Shown: positions 19,255 to 29,678 of the stretch, piece after piece | How the letters are laid out: each line of letters opens with the position of its first letter | Numbering within the stretch: position 1 is the first letter of the stretch | Assembly (NCBI GenBank): GCA_963708295.1 | Contig: CAVPSJ010000015.1 | Location: 128,001 to 192,000 of the forward strand | Length of the DNA stretch: 64,000 nt | From: an uncultured delta proteobacterium | GTDB lineage: Bacteria > Desulfobacterota > BSN033 > UBA1163 | Direction: 5' to 3' | The notes under the pieces: generated by a model | Seen by the model: the letters and a program-made list of their open reading frames with translations, nothing else | Database searches by the model: none | What the model was told of the DNA's origin: nothing | Made by a program: the position numbers and the translations under genes

Positions 19255-19419
19255 TAACTCATTCTTCTGGGCGCTGTCTGATAATCTCTCACCCCTTTTC
19301 GTCATTTCACGCTTGACAAATGTGGCCTCCGATAACTAATTTAAAATTGAATGGTTTCTGGTTTCGCGCAGTTGAGTCCGGAGGATGAAAAAGGCAGGAT
19401 ACGGAAGGAGGATAAGATA

Positions 19420-19695
19420 ATGGAAACAAAAAGAAATTATTTCGGTCTGTGGAAAGGTCTCATGGTTGGCAGCTTTTTGGGTGCGGCAGCGGGCATTCTA
19501 TTGGCCCCGAAATCCGGGAAAGAAGTAAGGTCAGAAATCAAAGAGAGAACAGATAAGGCCCTGGACGAGACAAAGCGGTTTTGGTCAGATGGTCGCACAA
19601 AGCTTAATGACACGATGGCCTACATTGCCGGAAGGAAAGAAAGGGCTTCGGCAGGCCACATTGAGTCCCCCGAAGAGATAATGGCGGATGCATAA
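19420..19695 (+). CDS. YtxH domain protein
   Basis: GSFLGAAAGILLAPKSGKEVR. Confidence 0.88.
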   Translation: METKRNYFGLWKGLMVGSFLGAAAGILLAPKSGKEVRSEIKERTDKALDETKRFWSDGRTKLNDTMAYIAGRKERASAGHIESPEEIMADA

Positions 19696-19997
19696 GAATT
19701 CAGAAGCGAGGGGGGACAAGAACCAGGAGTGACACAGAATGCGTTATCGAAGCCGGAGCTTCAGGGGTGGCGTTTATGTGCATTCCAGAGGTTCCGGGGT
19801 GGAAATCTCAAATAGAATACTGTTCTTTCCATATTAAAGTACTAAGTTTACCTTATTTACTTCACTTGCTGTTTTTGATAATTTTGGAACAGAGGGTTTT
19901 GTGCGCATTCGCGGGTATTCTTTCGGCTAAGGGCAGGGCGAGGGGATTCCGGAAAAGCTGAATGATAACCGACAAAATGAAAAGGAGGGCTAATTCT

Positions 19998-20396
19998 ATG
20001 GCAGAAAATGATAATGATCGTGGAGGGTTCCTTGGAGGACTCCTTATTGGGAGCTTCCTTGGAGCACTGGTTGGACTTTTATTTGCTCCTAAATCCGGAA
20101 AGGAGTTGAGATCTGAGCTTAAGCGGAAGGGAGGCGAAGTTATCGACGAGGCAAGTGAATTTTATTCAGAAGCACGGGCCCGGGCGAAGATTATCGTCGA
20201 AGAGGCTCATCGTCGGGCTGAAGAGCTTAAGAAAGAAGCCAATCTTCAGCTTGCCGAAGCACGCCTGAAGGCAAAGGAAGTTATCGAGGAGGCAAAAGCA
20301 GGGGCGAAAAAAGTGAAAGGGGCGGTGGAAGTAGGTCTGGAAGCGGCAAAGCAGGAGTTATCGAAGGGGTCGAGAAAAGACGAGACCAAGGCTTAA
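19998..20396 (+). CDS. YtxH domain protein
   Basis: GSFLGALVGLLFAPKSGKELR plus coiled coil. Confidence 0.9.
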   Translation: MAENDNDRGGFLGGLLIGSFLGALVGLLFAPKSGKELRSELKRKGGEVIDEASEFYSEARARAKIIVEEAHRRAEELKKEANLQLAEARLKAKEVIEEAKAGAKKVKGAVEVGLEAAKQELSKGSRKDETKA

Positions 20397-20417
20397 GCGG
20401 AAGGGAGATCGCCACTT

Positions 20418-20798
20418 ATGTTACAGACTATCAGTATCACTGTCATTGCGGCCGCTATCGTTGTTGTTGCGATTGTTCTCATCCCTGTTATTCTTCAGAT
20501 TCGTAAGACGGCTCGTGAGGCTGAGAAACTTTTCGAGACAGCCCGCATGCAGCTTGTCCCCCTAAGTCATGACCTGACGGTCATTTCCAGGGAAGCCAGT
20601 AATATCCTGCAATCCGTCCATCGGCAAGTGGATCGGGTCGAAGAAGGAATTGCCACGGTTCAGGGTGCTGCCGAACGCTTGCGGGACTTTGAGGACGCAG
20701 TCCTAGGCAGGGTTGGGGAGCCCCTGCTCGAGCTGGCAGCGCTGGTCAGAGCCGTGAGCCGGGGGTTCGCGGCTTCCTTCCGATTTTTGCGAAGTTGA
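20418..20798 (+). CDS. DUF948 family protein
   Basis: N-terminal TM then coiled coil; usual neighbour of YtxH genes. Confidence 0.8.
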   Translation: MLQTISITVIAAAIVVVAIVLIPVILQIRKTAREAEKLFETARMQLVPLSHDLTVISREASNILQSVHRQVDRVEEGIATVQGAAERLRDFEDAVLGRVGEPLLELAALVRAVSRGFAASFRFLRS

Positions 20799-20986
20799 CC
20801 GGAACGTGTCCCGTCCGCCAACGGGAGAGAGGCGGGGTTTCGGGGCACCCGATGAATGAAATTTCCTTTCCTCCCATTCTGCCCGACACGGGTGCGCCCC
20901 GAAAGCTCTTCGACAAGCTCAGAGCCGTGAGTCCCGCGAAACGCGGGATCGAACGGCCCCGCCTTTGATGCGGGCAGGGAGCTTCG
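20795..20986 (+). mobile_element. TTGAC...GCTTC mini-element, copy 3
   Basis: Same termini; nested TTCGACAAGCTCAGAGCCGTGAG palindrome shared with copy 4. Confidence 0.7.
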
Positions 20987-21026
20987 CCTGCATAGCAACG
21001 GAGCCCTTCGAACCAAGAGAGGGCCA

Positions 21027-22169
21027 CTAAATGTTTCCTCTTACAAAAAAAAAGAAGTAGGCAAAACCGATCAGGCCCGTGAGGGCCAGGGAGAGGAACA
21101 TGGTCGGAAAGTCGGTCAAGCGAAGAACGACGCCCATGATCATCGGTCCAAGTCCTAGCCCTAAATCCCCCATTGCTGTCAGCCATCCGATCGCCGTTCC
21201 ATGCGAAGTGCCTACGAGGTCAAGGACGTAGGCGAATAAAGAGGGCACGAGAAAAGCGTGCCCCGCGGCTGCGATGACAGCCACAAGAATGAACATCCCA
21301 AGAGACTTCGAGAAGGCGAGAAGGGTCATCGCGAGAATAAAGGCGATGATACACGGCAGGATGACTTTTTCTCTCTTTTGAATATCGAAGACCCTTCCTC
21401 CAAAAACACGGCCGGAAATCATGACAAAGGCATAGGCCGTAAAGAAGAGACCGGGATTGGCCACGCCCTGATTGATGGCATGCAGGGGGAAAAAGGCCAT
21501 TAAAGCTCCAAAGATCATGTGAACCATGAAATATAAGAGGATCGGGGAAAGGGCTTTGAAACCGAAAGAGGAACGGACCTCCGTGGGTAAAGGGGCAATG
21601 GATTCGGGTTGTTTCTGGCTTAACTTGCTGGCAATCCATAAGGAGCAAAGCGAAAGAGCCGTGCAAACTGAGAAGAGAACATTAAAGCTGAATCGGTTGA
21701 TCAAAAACATGCCGATGATCGGGGCCAACGCCATCGAAATATTGAAGGAGAGAAAGAAATAACCGAGGCTTTGCCCCCGATAGGCCTCCGGGGTGATGTG
21801 GGTGATCAGTGCAATGGAGGCCGTAAAAAAGAAAGCCGTTCCGATTCCCTGAAAAACTCTCACCAGGAGAAAAGGCCAAAAGGGAGGGGTTAAAATATAG
21901 GCGATGGAGGTAACGGCGAAGAGAATGGCGCCGGCGAGCATAAATTTTTTTTCGCGGATTTGAGAAAGTTTCTTGCCAACGATGGGCCTGAGGACCAGAG
22001 AAGAGATGCCGAGAGCTCCGATCAGAATGCCAATCTCAACCTCGGTCGAGCCTGATTTCGAAAGATAGATCGGAATGGTGGGGACCAGGATGTGGAAGAC
22101 AGACGTGAAAGCAAATTGGGAAAAGAAACAGAGAATGAATTCGCGGGAAAGTATCTTTCTAAGTGTCAT
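21027..22169 (-). CDS. MFS transporter
   Basis: About 12 hydrophobic segments; RVFQGIG, PEAYRGQSLGYF. Confidence 0.92.
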   Translation of the reverse strand: MTLRKILSREFILCFFSQFAFTSVFHILVPTIPIYLSKSGSTEVEIGILIGALGISSLVLRPIVGKKLSQIREKKFMLAGAILFAVTSIAYILTPPFWPFLLVRVFQGIGTAFFFTASIALITHITPEAYRGQSLGYFFLSFNISMALAPIIGMFLINRFSFNVLFSVCTALSLCSLWIASKLSQKQPESIAPLPTEVRSSFGFKALSPILLYFMVHMIFGALMAFFPLHAINQGVANPGLFFTAYAFVMISGRVFGGRVFDIQKREKVILPCIIAFILAMTLLAFSKSLGMFILVAVIAAAGHAFLVPSLFAYVLDLVGTSHGTAIGWLTAMGDLGLGLGPMIMGVVLRLTDFPTMFLSLALTGLIGFAYFFFFVRGNI

Positions 22170-22242
22170 GTGGGATCGCAGGGTCGTAATATCGGCGGCT
22201 GATGGATTTTACAGGTTGGGATTGCCCCGGGGTATCTCATCG

Positions 22243-22393
22243 TTGACCGGAATGTGCCCCGCAAGGGGGCACAATATGAATGAAACTTTCTTTGCTCGCA
22301 TTCTGCTCGCCACTGCGTGCCCGGGAAGCTCTTCGACAAGCTCAGAGCCGTGAGTTCTGTCGAATGGCCCCGCCCTATGGGCGGGGAGCTTCA
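22243..22393 (+). mobile_element. TTGAC...GCTTCA mini-element, copy 4
   Basis: TTGACCGGAATGTGCCCCG ... CCCCGCCCTATGGGCGGGGAGCTTCA. Confidence 0.72.
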
Positions 22394-22446
22394 CCTTTCT
22401 CGGCAATTTGACGGTCGACCCGTTCCTTCTCGGGGGGGCGCCATCC

Positions 22447-24310
22447 TCAGAGGCATCCCTGTCGCTTCAGGTTGACCATCAGGATCGAGATGGCGGCAGG
22501 GGTGACACCCGAGATTCTTGAAGCCTGGCCGAGAGAGTGGGGCTTGATCTTCTTCAATTTCTCCATGACCTCCGTCGTGAGTCCGATCACAGAGCTGAAG
22601 TCAAATCCCCCTGGAAAGCTCACTTCCTCCAATCTCTTAAACCTTTCGATCTGGTCCATCTGCCTCTGGATATAACCCTCGTACTTCACCTGAATCTCGG
22701 CCTGCGCTTGTACGGACTGCGAAAGGCCTTCAAGGCTTCGGTCAAAATCGAAAAGATGGGTGAAGCGAATTTCAGGCCTTCGCAATATTTCCTGGAGGGA
22801 GGAATCCTTCTTCAGCGTCGCGGTTCCCCATCGATGGAGAATATCGTTATTTTCCTTCGTCGGGTTGACTCTCACCTTTGAGATTCTGAAAAGCGTTTCT
22901 TCAATCGCCGTTTTTTTCTTCAGGAAGGTTTGATGATCTTCCTCTTTCACCAATCCCGCTTCATATCCCTTTTCTCTCAATCTCAAATCGGCATTGTCTT
23001 CTCTCAAATGGAGACGGTATTCCGCCCTGGAGGTAAACATGCGATAGGGTTCGGCCGTCCCTTTGGTGACCAGGTCATCGATCAAGACGCCGATATAAGC
23101 GTCGGAACGTTTCAAGAGAAGGGGTTCCTTCCCTCGAAGATAAAGCGAGACATTGATCCCGGCCATGAGTCCCTGTGCGGCTGCCTCTTCATAGCCGGAC
23201 GTTCCGTTGATCTGCCCGGCGTGGAAGAGTCCTCTGATCTTTTTTGTCTCAAGGGAAGGCTTCAGTTCCGTGGGATCGACAAAGTCGTATTCGATGGCAT
23301 AACCGGGCCGGAGGATCTCCGCATGCTCCAGCCCCTGGATCGACCTCAGCATGCGGATCTGAATATCCAGAGGAAGGCTGGTGGAAATCCCGTTCGGGTA
23401 GATCTCATTCGTATGGCGGCCGTCAGGTTCCAGGAAGATCTGATGTCTTTTCTTGTCTGCAAAACGGACCACTTTATCCTCGATCGAAGGACAATAACGG
23501 GGTCCGACGCCTTTGATGATTCCGCAGTACAGAGGCGATCGATCGAGGCCGCTTTTGATGATTTCGTGGGTCGCGGGGTTTGTATAAGTCATGTAGCAGG
23601 GGACCTGCTCAATGTCGATCTTCTCCGTTGAGAGAGAGAAGGGAAGAGGCGGGGTGTCTCCGTGCTGAGGTGTGAGCTGAGAAAAATCAATGGTCCTCCC
23701 GTCAAGCCTCGGGGTGGTACCGGTCTTGAGCCTCCCCATCCGAAATCCCAGCTGTCTCAATGACTCTGATAGACCCATGGAGGGGGGATCCCCCATCCTG
23801 CCCGAGGGAAAGTGTTCGAGACCGATATGAATCAGACCATTCAGGAAAGTCCCCGGGGACAGGACCACGGCTTTTGCCCGAAGGGTTTCACTCGAATCCG
23901 TCTTCACACCGACCACCTGATTTCCGTCGATGAGAATTTCCTCAATCGTGGCTTCTTTGATCGAGAGATCTTTCTGATGCTGCACCGTCCTTCTTCATTC
24001 GAAGCCGATAACCCTGGCGGTCCACTTGAGCTCGTGAGGAGCGAACCGCAGGACCTCTCGTATCGTTAAGCCGGCGGAACTGTATTCCTGTTTCGTCCGT
24101 GGCCTTTGCCATCTCTCCACCCAGAGCATCGATTTCCTTCACCAGATGTCCCTTGGCCAGCCCACCCACGGCCGGATTGCAGGACAGATAACCGATCTGT
24201 TCGACTTTTTGGGTGATCAGGAGGGTCGGGTGTCCCATGCGGGCGCAGGCCAAGGAGGCTTCAATCCCGGCATGTCCCCCACCCACCACCACTACCTCGT
24301 AATCAGCCAT
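22447..24310 (-). CDS. mnmG: tRNA modification enzyme MnmG (frameshift near 23985)
   Basis: [64 protein letters not shown] across two frames. Confidence 0.95.
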
Positions 24311-24387
24311 GAAGGTTATATCACCTCTAAGTCGTAGGAATTAAATCAACCCTCCGACCATCACAGAATTCCAAGTAAGCCGAACTC

Positions 24388-24561
24388 AAATTCCAAAGCC
24401 CAAAACCGAGATCCCGAAACAAGTTCGGGATGACAAAAAGATCAGAACTGAACCGTCATGTCATGCTGAACTTGTTTCAGCATCTGATTTATTTTTTCTG
24501 CTTTCAGCAGACGCACCTTATCATCCCCGTCCACAGGAAGGGGTTTTCAGGTGCGATCTTA
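24388..24561 (-). mobile_element. Family B element, copy 2 (right end missing)
   Basis: Reverse complement of most of 2227-2430. Confidence 0.75.
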
Positions 24562-24643
24562 ATAAATCACAATTTCTCAATGCTCAAACCGTCAGAATTC
24601 ATATAACGCTTACTTTTGAATTTTGGTCATTCAGAATGGGTGA

Positions 24644-25378
24644 TTATTTGGTTATGGGTGCCTGGAATTTTGGATTTGATAAATCGTTCTGCCCTGTGCG
24701 GTTTTGATTTCCCCGGCAGGCCTTTACGCAAACACCACAGATATTATGGCTGAAATGGAGGGTTTTGGCAAAAGTTCTCAGCTGCTCATAGCATCGAAGA
24801 TGGTCGAAATCTTTTTGCCGTTCCTTGATGGCTCCCGCGGGGCAGACCGGCACGCAATCCAGACAGGAGCCACAATCCCTTACGGAAGGAGGGCTGACGA
24901 TCAGGGGGATCCCGGTGAGGATGGTCACGAGGCGAATCCGGGATCCAAATTGCTCGTTCACGAGGAGGTTGTTCCGGCCGATCCATCCCAGCCCTGCGGC
25001 GCGAGCCACATGTTTATGCGAAAGGTGGGCTCTTTGCGTTTTCCAATCGACAAGTTGAGAGGCAGCGATGGGCATGGCCTGGTATCCCAGATCTTGAATG
25101 GTTGATGTCACGATCAGGCCGAGGGTGTCCAGAAGAATATTGGTTCTCTGATAGTGATGGAAATAAAGGGGGGTAGGTTGGTTCTCAACCTCTTCCAGAA
25201 CGGCATCCGAAAGGTGAAATCCTACCGAGATGGCGTAGGGAAGTTGGTCGATGAGGGACGAAGGCAGCAGGAAGTCCTCTTTCTTGAAGGAACGAAGGTC
25301 CGCCACTCCAAACAAGGAACCTCCCCAACGGCGGCAAAGGGTCTTGAGCTTTTCGGCGTTTTCCTGAGAATTCGTCAC
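24644..25378 (-). CDS. Epoxyqueuosine reductase-like Fe-S protein
   Basis: SHKHVARAAGLGWIGRNNLL, GSRIRLVTILT, CGSCLDCVPVCPAGAI, CGVCVKAC. Confidence 0.85.
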   Translation of the reverse strand: MTNSQENAEKLKTLCRRWGGSLFGVADLRSFKKEDFLLPSSLIDQLPYAISVGFHLSDAVLEEVENQPTPLYFHHYQRTNILLDTLGLIVTSTIQDLGYQAMPIAASQLVDWKTQRAHLSHKHVARAAGLGWIGRNNLLVNEQFGSRIRLVTILTGIPLIVSPPSVRDCGSCLDCVPVCPAGAIKERQKDFDHLRCYEQLRTFAKTLHFSHNICGVCVKACRGNQNRTGQNDLSNPKFQAPITK

Positions 25379-25553
25379 AGGTTAAATTGTGACTTCTGGA
25401 TGAATTTATTGCAAGAGCCCCGAATGCGGATTTTGCCTGCCTTCGCGCAGGCAGGGAACTCGGTAAGTAGCCAGAATCGTCTAGCCTAAAGATCTGAACC
25501 TCATCCCCTCGGGAAAAGCATCTGAAGTTTACATTCCGCACCCCGCCATCGGA

Positions 25554-26378
25554 TTAATCATTCCGAACTTTAACCTTCAACTCTTTCATCTTTTTGCGAA
25601 GGGTGTTCCGATTGATCCCTAAGAACTGGGCGGCGGCAATTTGAACATGACCCACTCGCTCTAAAGCAGACTTAATCAAGATCTTCTCGACCACTCTAAT
25701 AATATCGTCGAAGATTCCCAATTTGGTCTTCGTCTCCACATAAAGGTCAATCTTGTTCAGAACCTCGACCAGCTTCTGTTCCAGGATCTCATCCAGCAGG
25801 TGAGACCTTGATTTGAGCTTGGTTTCCTTCGCAAGGGATTCGCTCTTCTTAAAGTGGTAATTCTTGATCGCCGGAGAGAGGATCGCCGAGAGGACGGAGA
25901 GGAACTGGAAGTCCTCCATAAATTCGTGTCTGGGTCCGTAGAGAGAATTCATATTGATCACACCCATCGGCTCATCCCCCGCCATCAGAGGGATGCAGAG
26001 GAGAGGGGCTTCGATCTTCTCGGTGCGTTTCTGGCCCTTCATCATCTCCTCGTAGAGCGGTTCTTGATTTAGATTCTGAATAACCATGGGCTGTCGCGAT
26101 TCGAGAACCTTCCCGATCGTCCCTTTTTGGCTGGGGCAGGTAAAAGGATGGATTTCTTTTTCGATTCCGTAGAGGGCCTCCACATGGAGAGAATCCTCTT
26201 GGGGGTCCTGGAGAAAGAGGGCTGAATATCGAATCGAAAAATACTCGGACAGGATAGCCATCGCTCCGATAAAATAATCCTGAAGATGGCTTGGCTGAGG
26301 AAGGAGGATAATCTCGTGAAGGCTCCTCAATTCAGGATTTGACCGGGGATTGATGAAGAATGTGGAAGGCATGTCCAT
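25554..26378 (-). CDS. GAF + Fis-type HTH protein without AAA+ domain
   Basis: GAF (GTIGKVLESRQPMVI, LLCIPL, MGVIN); C-terminal AAQFLGINRNTLRKKMKEL; no Walker A or GAFTGA motif. Confidence 0.85.
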   Translation of the reverse strand: MDMPSTFFINPRSNPELRSLHEIILLPQPSHLQDYFIGAMAILSEYFSIRYSALFLQDPQEDSLHVEALYGIEKEIHPFTCPSQKGTIGKVLESRQPMVIQNLNQEPLYEEMMKGQKRTEKIEAPLLCIPLMAGDEPMGVINMNSLYGPRHEFMEDFQFLSVLSAILSPAIKNYHFKKSESLAKETKLKSRSHLLDEILEQKLVEVLNKIDLYVETKTKLGIFDDIIRVVEKILIKSALERVGHVQIAAAQFLGINRNTLRKKMKELKVKVRND

Positions 26379-26648
26379 CTCCTATCGGTTAAAATTTAAA
26401 TGCGCGATGATTTCAGGAAAGCGGGGAATCAACGACAGCGTTAATCCTACAAAAAATAGATTAGAATTTCAAGGGAATTCTACCGCCTACGCTGAAGACT
26501 ACGCCTGCGTGCCGAAACCCTTGTTTGCCAGATGCTTTGAGGGGCACTTCGGCGTGCAGGCACGGGCTTTGCCCGTTGGGCTCCGTCACCCCCTCGCGTC
26601 ACCTTTACCCTTGAAGTCTCACGATGAATTCATTAAAATCCACTCCAT

Positions 26649-27605
26649 ATGGGCGCGGCGGTTGAGCATGACAGGCCTCGGATCGTGATTCTCCTCGGTC
26701 CGACGGGAATAGGAAAATCCAAATTGGCCATCGATTGGGCGGAGGCGATAGGGGGAGAAATCGTCAGCGCCGACTCGGTGCAGGTTTACCGGTTTATGGA
26801 CATCGGGACAGGCAAGCCCTCGCGCGACGACCAAGGAAGGGTTCGGCACCACCTGATTGACTTAATCCCCCCGGATCAACCTTTTCATGCCGCTCTTTAT
26901 CGGACGCTCGGCCGGAAGACGATCGACCAATTGTTCCATGAAGGGAAACTCATTTGGGTCGTGGGAGGGACCGGACTCTACATTAAAACCCTCACCCAGG
27001 GACTCTTTCACAGTCCTCAAATAGACCCTCAGGCCAGGGAGAGTCTCAGGCAGGAAGCCGAGGAAAAAGGGGCGGGCGCCCTTTATGAACGTTTGAAAAA
27101 AGTCGATTTCCAAACGGCCTCTCGTCTTCATCCCAATGACCTTTTTCGAATCATACGAGCCCTGGAGGTCTTTGATTCGACAGGGGTCCCGATCTCTTCC
27201 TATCGGGAACAGCATTGCTTTGGCGAAAGGCCGTATCTCACCCTGAAAATTGGTCTGGAGACGAACCGGGACAAGCTCTTTCGCCGTATCGACGAGAGGG
27301 TGGATCAAATGGTAGAAAAGGGGCTCCTTCAGGAGGTCGAGAGGCTGATGGAGATGGGTTATGGGCCTGAATTGAAGCCGATGCAGAGTTTAGGTTATAA
27401 ACAAATGGTTCAATTTCTGTTGAAAGAGATCGGATGGGACGAAGCCGTCAGACAGATGAAAAGAGAGACCCGGCATTATGCGAAGCGGCAATGGACATGG
27501 TTTAAGGCTGACCCGGAGGTTCGTTGGTGGGACGAGTCAACGGATCGCCAAAAATTATTTCTCAACATCCAATCCTTTTGGGGAAGAGGGGGGGCCATGA
27601 CATGA
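26649..27605 (+). CDS. miaA: tRNA dimethylallyltransferase
   Basis: GPTGIGKS, SADSVQVYRFMDIGTGKP, VGGTGLY, YAKRQWTWF. Confidence 0.97.
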   Translation: MGAAVEHDRPRIVILLGPTGIGKSKLAIDWAEAIGGEIVSADSVQVYRFMDIGTGKPSRDDQGRVRHHLIDLIPPDQPFHAALYRTLGRKTIDQLFHEGKLIWVVGGTGLYIKTLTQGLFHSPQIDPQARESLRQEAEEKGAGALYERLKKVDFQTASRLHPNDLFRIIRALEVFDSTGVPISSYREQHCFGERPYLTLKIGLETNRDKLFRRIDERVDQMVEKGLLQEVERLMEMGYGPELKPMQSLGYKQMVQFLLKEIGWDEAVRQMKRETRHYAKRQWTWFKADPEVRWWDESTDRQKLFLNIQSFWGRGGAMT

Positions 27606-27829
27606 TGAAGACTCAGATGAATATCCAGGACCAATTTCTCAATCGTGTCCGGCGGGATCGGAAACAGGTCGTGATTGAGCTGACCGCAGGCCGTAAGATC
27701 GAAGGGGTGATTCTCAGCTTTGATAACTTCTGCATCATCCTTCGGGGAGAAGCAGATCATCTGCTGTATAAACACGCCATCTGCTCTATTTCTCCTGGTG
27801 AAAGAATAGAGTTTCTTGAGACAAGATAG
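27602..27829 (+). CDS. hfq: RNA chaperone Hfq
   Basis: NIQDQFLN, SFDNF, LLYKHAI; directly after miaA. Confidence 0.95.
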   Translation: MMKTQMNIQDQFLNRVRRDRKQVVIELTAGRKIEGVILSFDNFCIILRGEADHLLYKHAICSISPGERIEFLETR

Positions 27830-28070
27830 GACAAATTCCAATGACCCGATTCCAAGCTCCAAATGATCAGCCATGACCGGTTCGAGGAAAAATCGCCCTT
27901 CATCCCCCTTTCGCCTGTCTTTGACAGGAAAAAGATTACAAAGGGGGGGATTGCTCCTCCCTTTTGTAAGGGGAGGTGGGGAGGGGTTTAAACAGGTTAT
28001 TTTCAAACGAATATCAAGAAGCGTTGGAAACACTGGATTGGGTTGATTAAAATGTAAGTTAGAGGACAGA

Positions 28071-28766
28071 ATGATGGATGATTTCGATGTCAAGCCGATA
28101 TTAGAAAGTCTCTTCTTCATTTCGGATTCCCCCATCCGGCTTGAAGCCCTGGTCGAGATGCTGCCCGAATCGAACAAAGAAGGTATTTTAGAAGGGATTC
28201 GTCAGATTCAGGCAGAATACGGAGATCGGTCCAAGGGCATTGAGCTGGTAGAAATAGCCGGTGGATATCAATTCCGAACGAAACCAGGCTGGGCCGAATG
28301 GGTTCATCGGCTGAAAAAGACGAAGCCGGTGAAGCTGAGCCAAGCCGCTCTGGAGACACTCGCCATCGTGGCCTATCGCCAGCCTGTCATACGACCTGCG
28401 ATCGAAGAGATTCGAGGAGTCGATACGGGATCGGTTCTTCACACTCTATTAGAGAAGGGGCTGGTCAAGATCATGGGCCGAAAAGAGCTACCCGGGCGGC
28501 CCATTGTCTATGGAACCACCAAAGCCTTTCTCGAACTCTTCAGTCTTAATTCGGTTTCCGATCTCCCCAAGCTCCAGGAAATTGAACTGCCTCCAGCGCC
28601 TCAGGAGGTATCACCCCGGGAAACATTCCCCCAAGAGACGCCTACACAAGAAGCGTCACCCCAAGAAACGTCATCCCAAGAAGCGTGCGAGGGAGAGATG
28701 ATAAAACCCGAGACGGAGGAGGGTCCCTCTCCTCAAGACCTCCCCTTGGATCAAGGAGAGGAATAG
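28071..28766 (+). CDS. scpB: SMC-Scp complex subunit ScpB
   Basis: AGGYQFRT, LSQAALETLAIVAYRQP, EIRGV, PGRPIVYGTT..FLELF; 5-aa repeat tail. Confidence 0.96.
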   Translation: MMDDFDVKPILESLFFISDSPIRLEALVEMLPESNKEGILEGIRQIQAEYGDRSKGIELVEIAGGYQFRTKPGWAEWVHRLKKTKPVKLSQAALETLAIVAYRQPVIRPAIEEIRGVDTGSVLHTLLEKGLVKIMGRKELPGRPIVYGTTKAFLELFSLNSVSDLPKLQEIELPPAPQEVSPRETFPQETPTQEASPQETSSQEACEGEMIKPETEEGPSPQDLPLDQGEE

Positions 28767-28775
28767 AGACTTCCA

Positions 28776-29540
28776 TTGGCACTGGAGCGAATTCAAAAGA
28801 TAATAGCCAAAGCCGGGATTGCTTCGAGAAGGGAAGCCGAGAGGATGGTGGTCGAAGGAAGGGTTTCGGTCAACGGAAAGATCGTTGAGACCCTGGGTTT
28901 TAAAGCCGATCCTTCCAGAGATTACATCAAAGTCGACGGGAAGAGACTCGCCTCTTTTGAACCGAAAGTCATCCTGCTCTTGAATAAACCCAGAGGCTAT
29001 CTTTCCACGGTCAAAGACCCCGGGGGAAGGCCGACCATCATGGACCTTCTCAGAAACGTCAAATGGAGAATCTATCCGGTAGGCCGTCTGGATTTCGATG
29101 CGGAGGGACTGCTTCTTCTCACGAATGATGGTGACCTGGCTCATCTCCTCTCCCATCCCAGATTCTCCATTCCAAAGACCTATCTGGTGAAGGTGGCAGG
29201 CGTTCCGGAGGAGAAGAAACTGGAGCGGCTCAGGAGGGGCGTGATGCTCGAAGACGGGAAAGCCAGAGCGGTCTCATGTAGCCTGATCCGCCAGAGGGAG
29301 AAAAATAGCTGGGTACGGGTCGTGGTGACAGAAGGGAGAAACCATCTGGTGAAGCGAATGTTTTCAGCCATTGGCCATACCGTTCTCAAGCTGAAACGAA
29401 TCGAATACGGACCCATTCCATTAGGGGACCTTCCTTTCGGACGATCCCGCACTCTGACCGTTGGAGAGGTGCAAAAGCTCGAACAAATAAGTTCGGAGCG
29501 TCGAGGTCGGAGTTCGGAGGGTGGAGTCAAAAACTCTTAG
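28776..29540 (+). CDS. rluB: rRNA pseudouridine synthase (RluB/RsuA family)
   Basis: S4 domain ERIQKIIAKAGIASRR, LNKPRG, YPVGRLD, EGRNH; follows scpB. Confidence 0.92.
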   Translation: MALERIQKIIAKAGIASRREAERMVVEGRVSVNGKIVETLGFKADPSRDYIKVDGKRLASFEPKVILLLNKPRGYLSTVKDPGGRPTIMDLLRNVKWRIYPVGRLDFDAEGLLLLTNDGDLAHLLSHPRFSIPKTYLVKVAGVPEEKKLERLRRGVMLEDGKARAVSCSLIRQREKNSWVRVVVTEGRNHLVKRMFSAIGHTVLKLKRIEYGPIPLGDLPFGRSRTLTVGEVQKLEQISSERRGRSSEGGVKNS

Positions 29541-29673
29541 CTATTCTACCCCCTCGTTGCTTTACACCCAGCCGAATTGTGCTTAAGATGTTATTCTGTA
29601 TTCGGAGCTGCGAACGCTGAAATAAGTTGGATTTAGGTTGTTACTCCGAACGCTGAACTCCGAACCCCGAACG
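29491..29673. repeat. Inverted heptamer array (GTTCGGA ... TCCGAAC)
   Basis: GTTCGGAG-like units overlap the rluB 3' end; complementary CTCCGAAC units precede the next gene. Confidence 0.6.
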
Positions 29674-29678
29674 AAACG

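Noticed and set aside
28600-28690. 15-nt tandem repeats in the scpB tail as a special element
   Set aside because: Ordinary low-complexity acidic/Pro tail.
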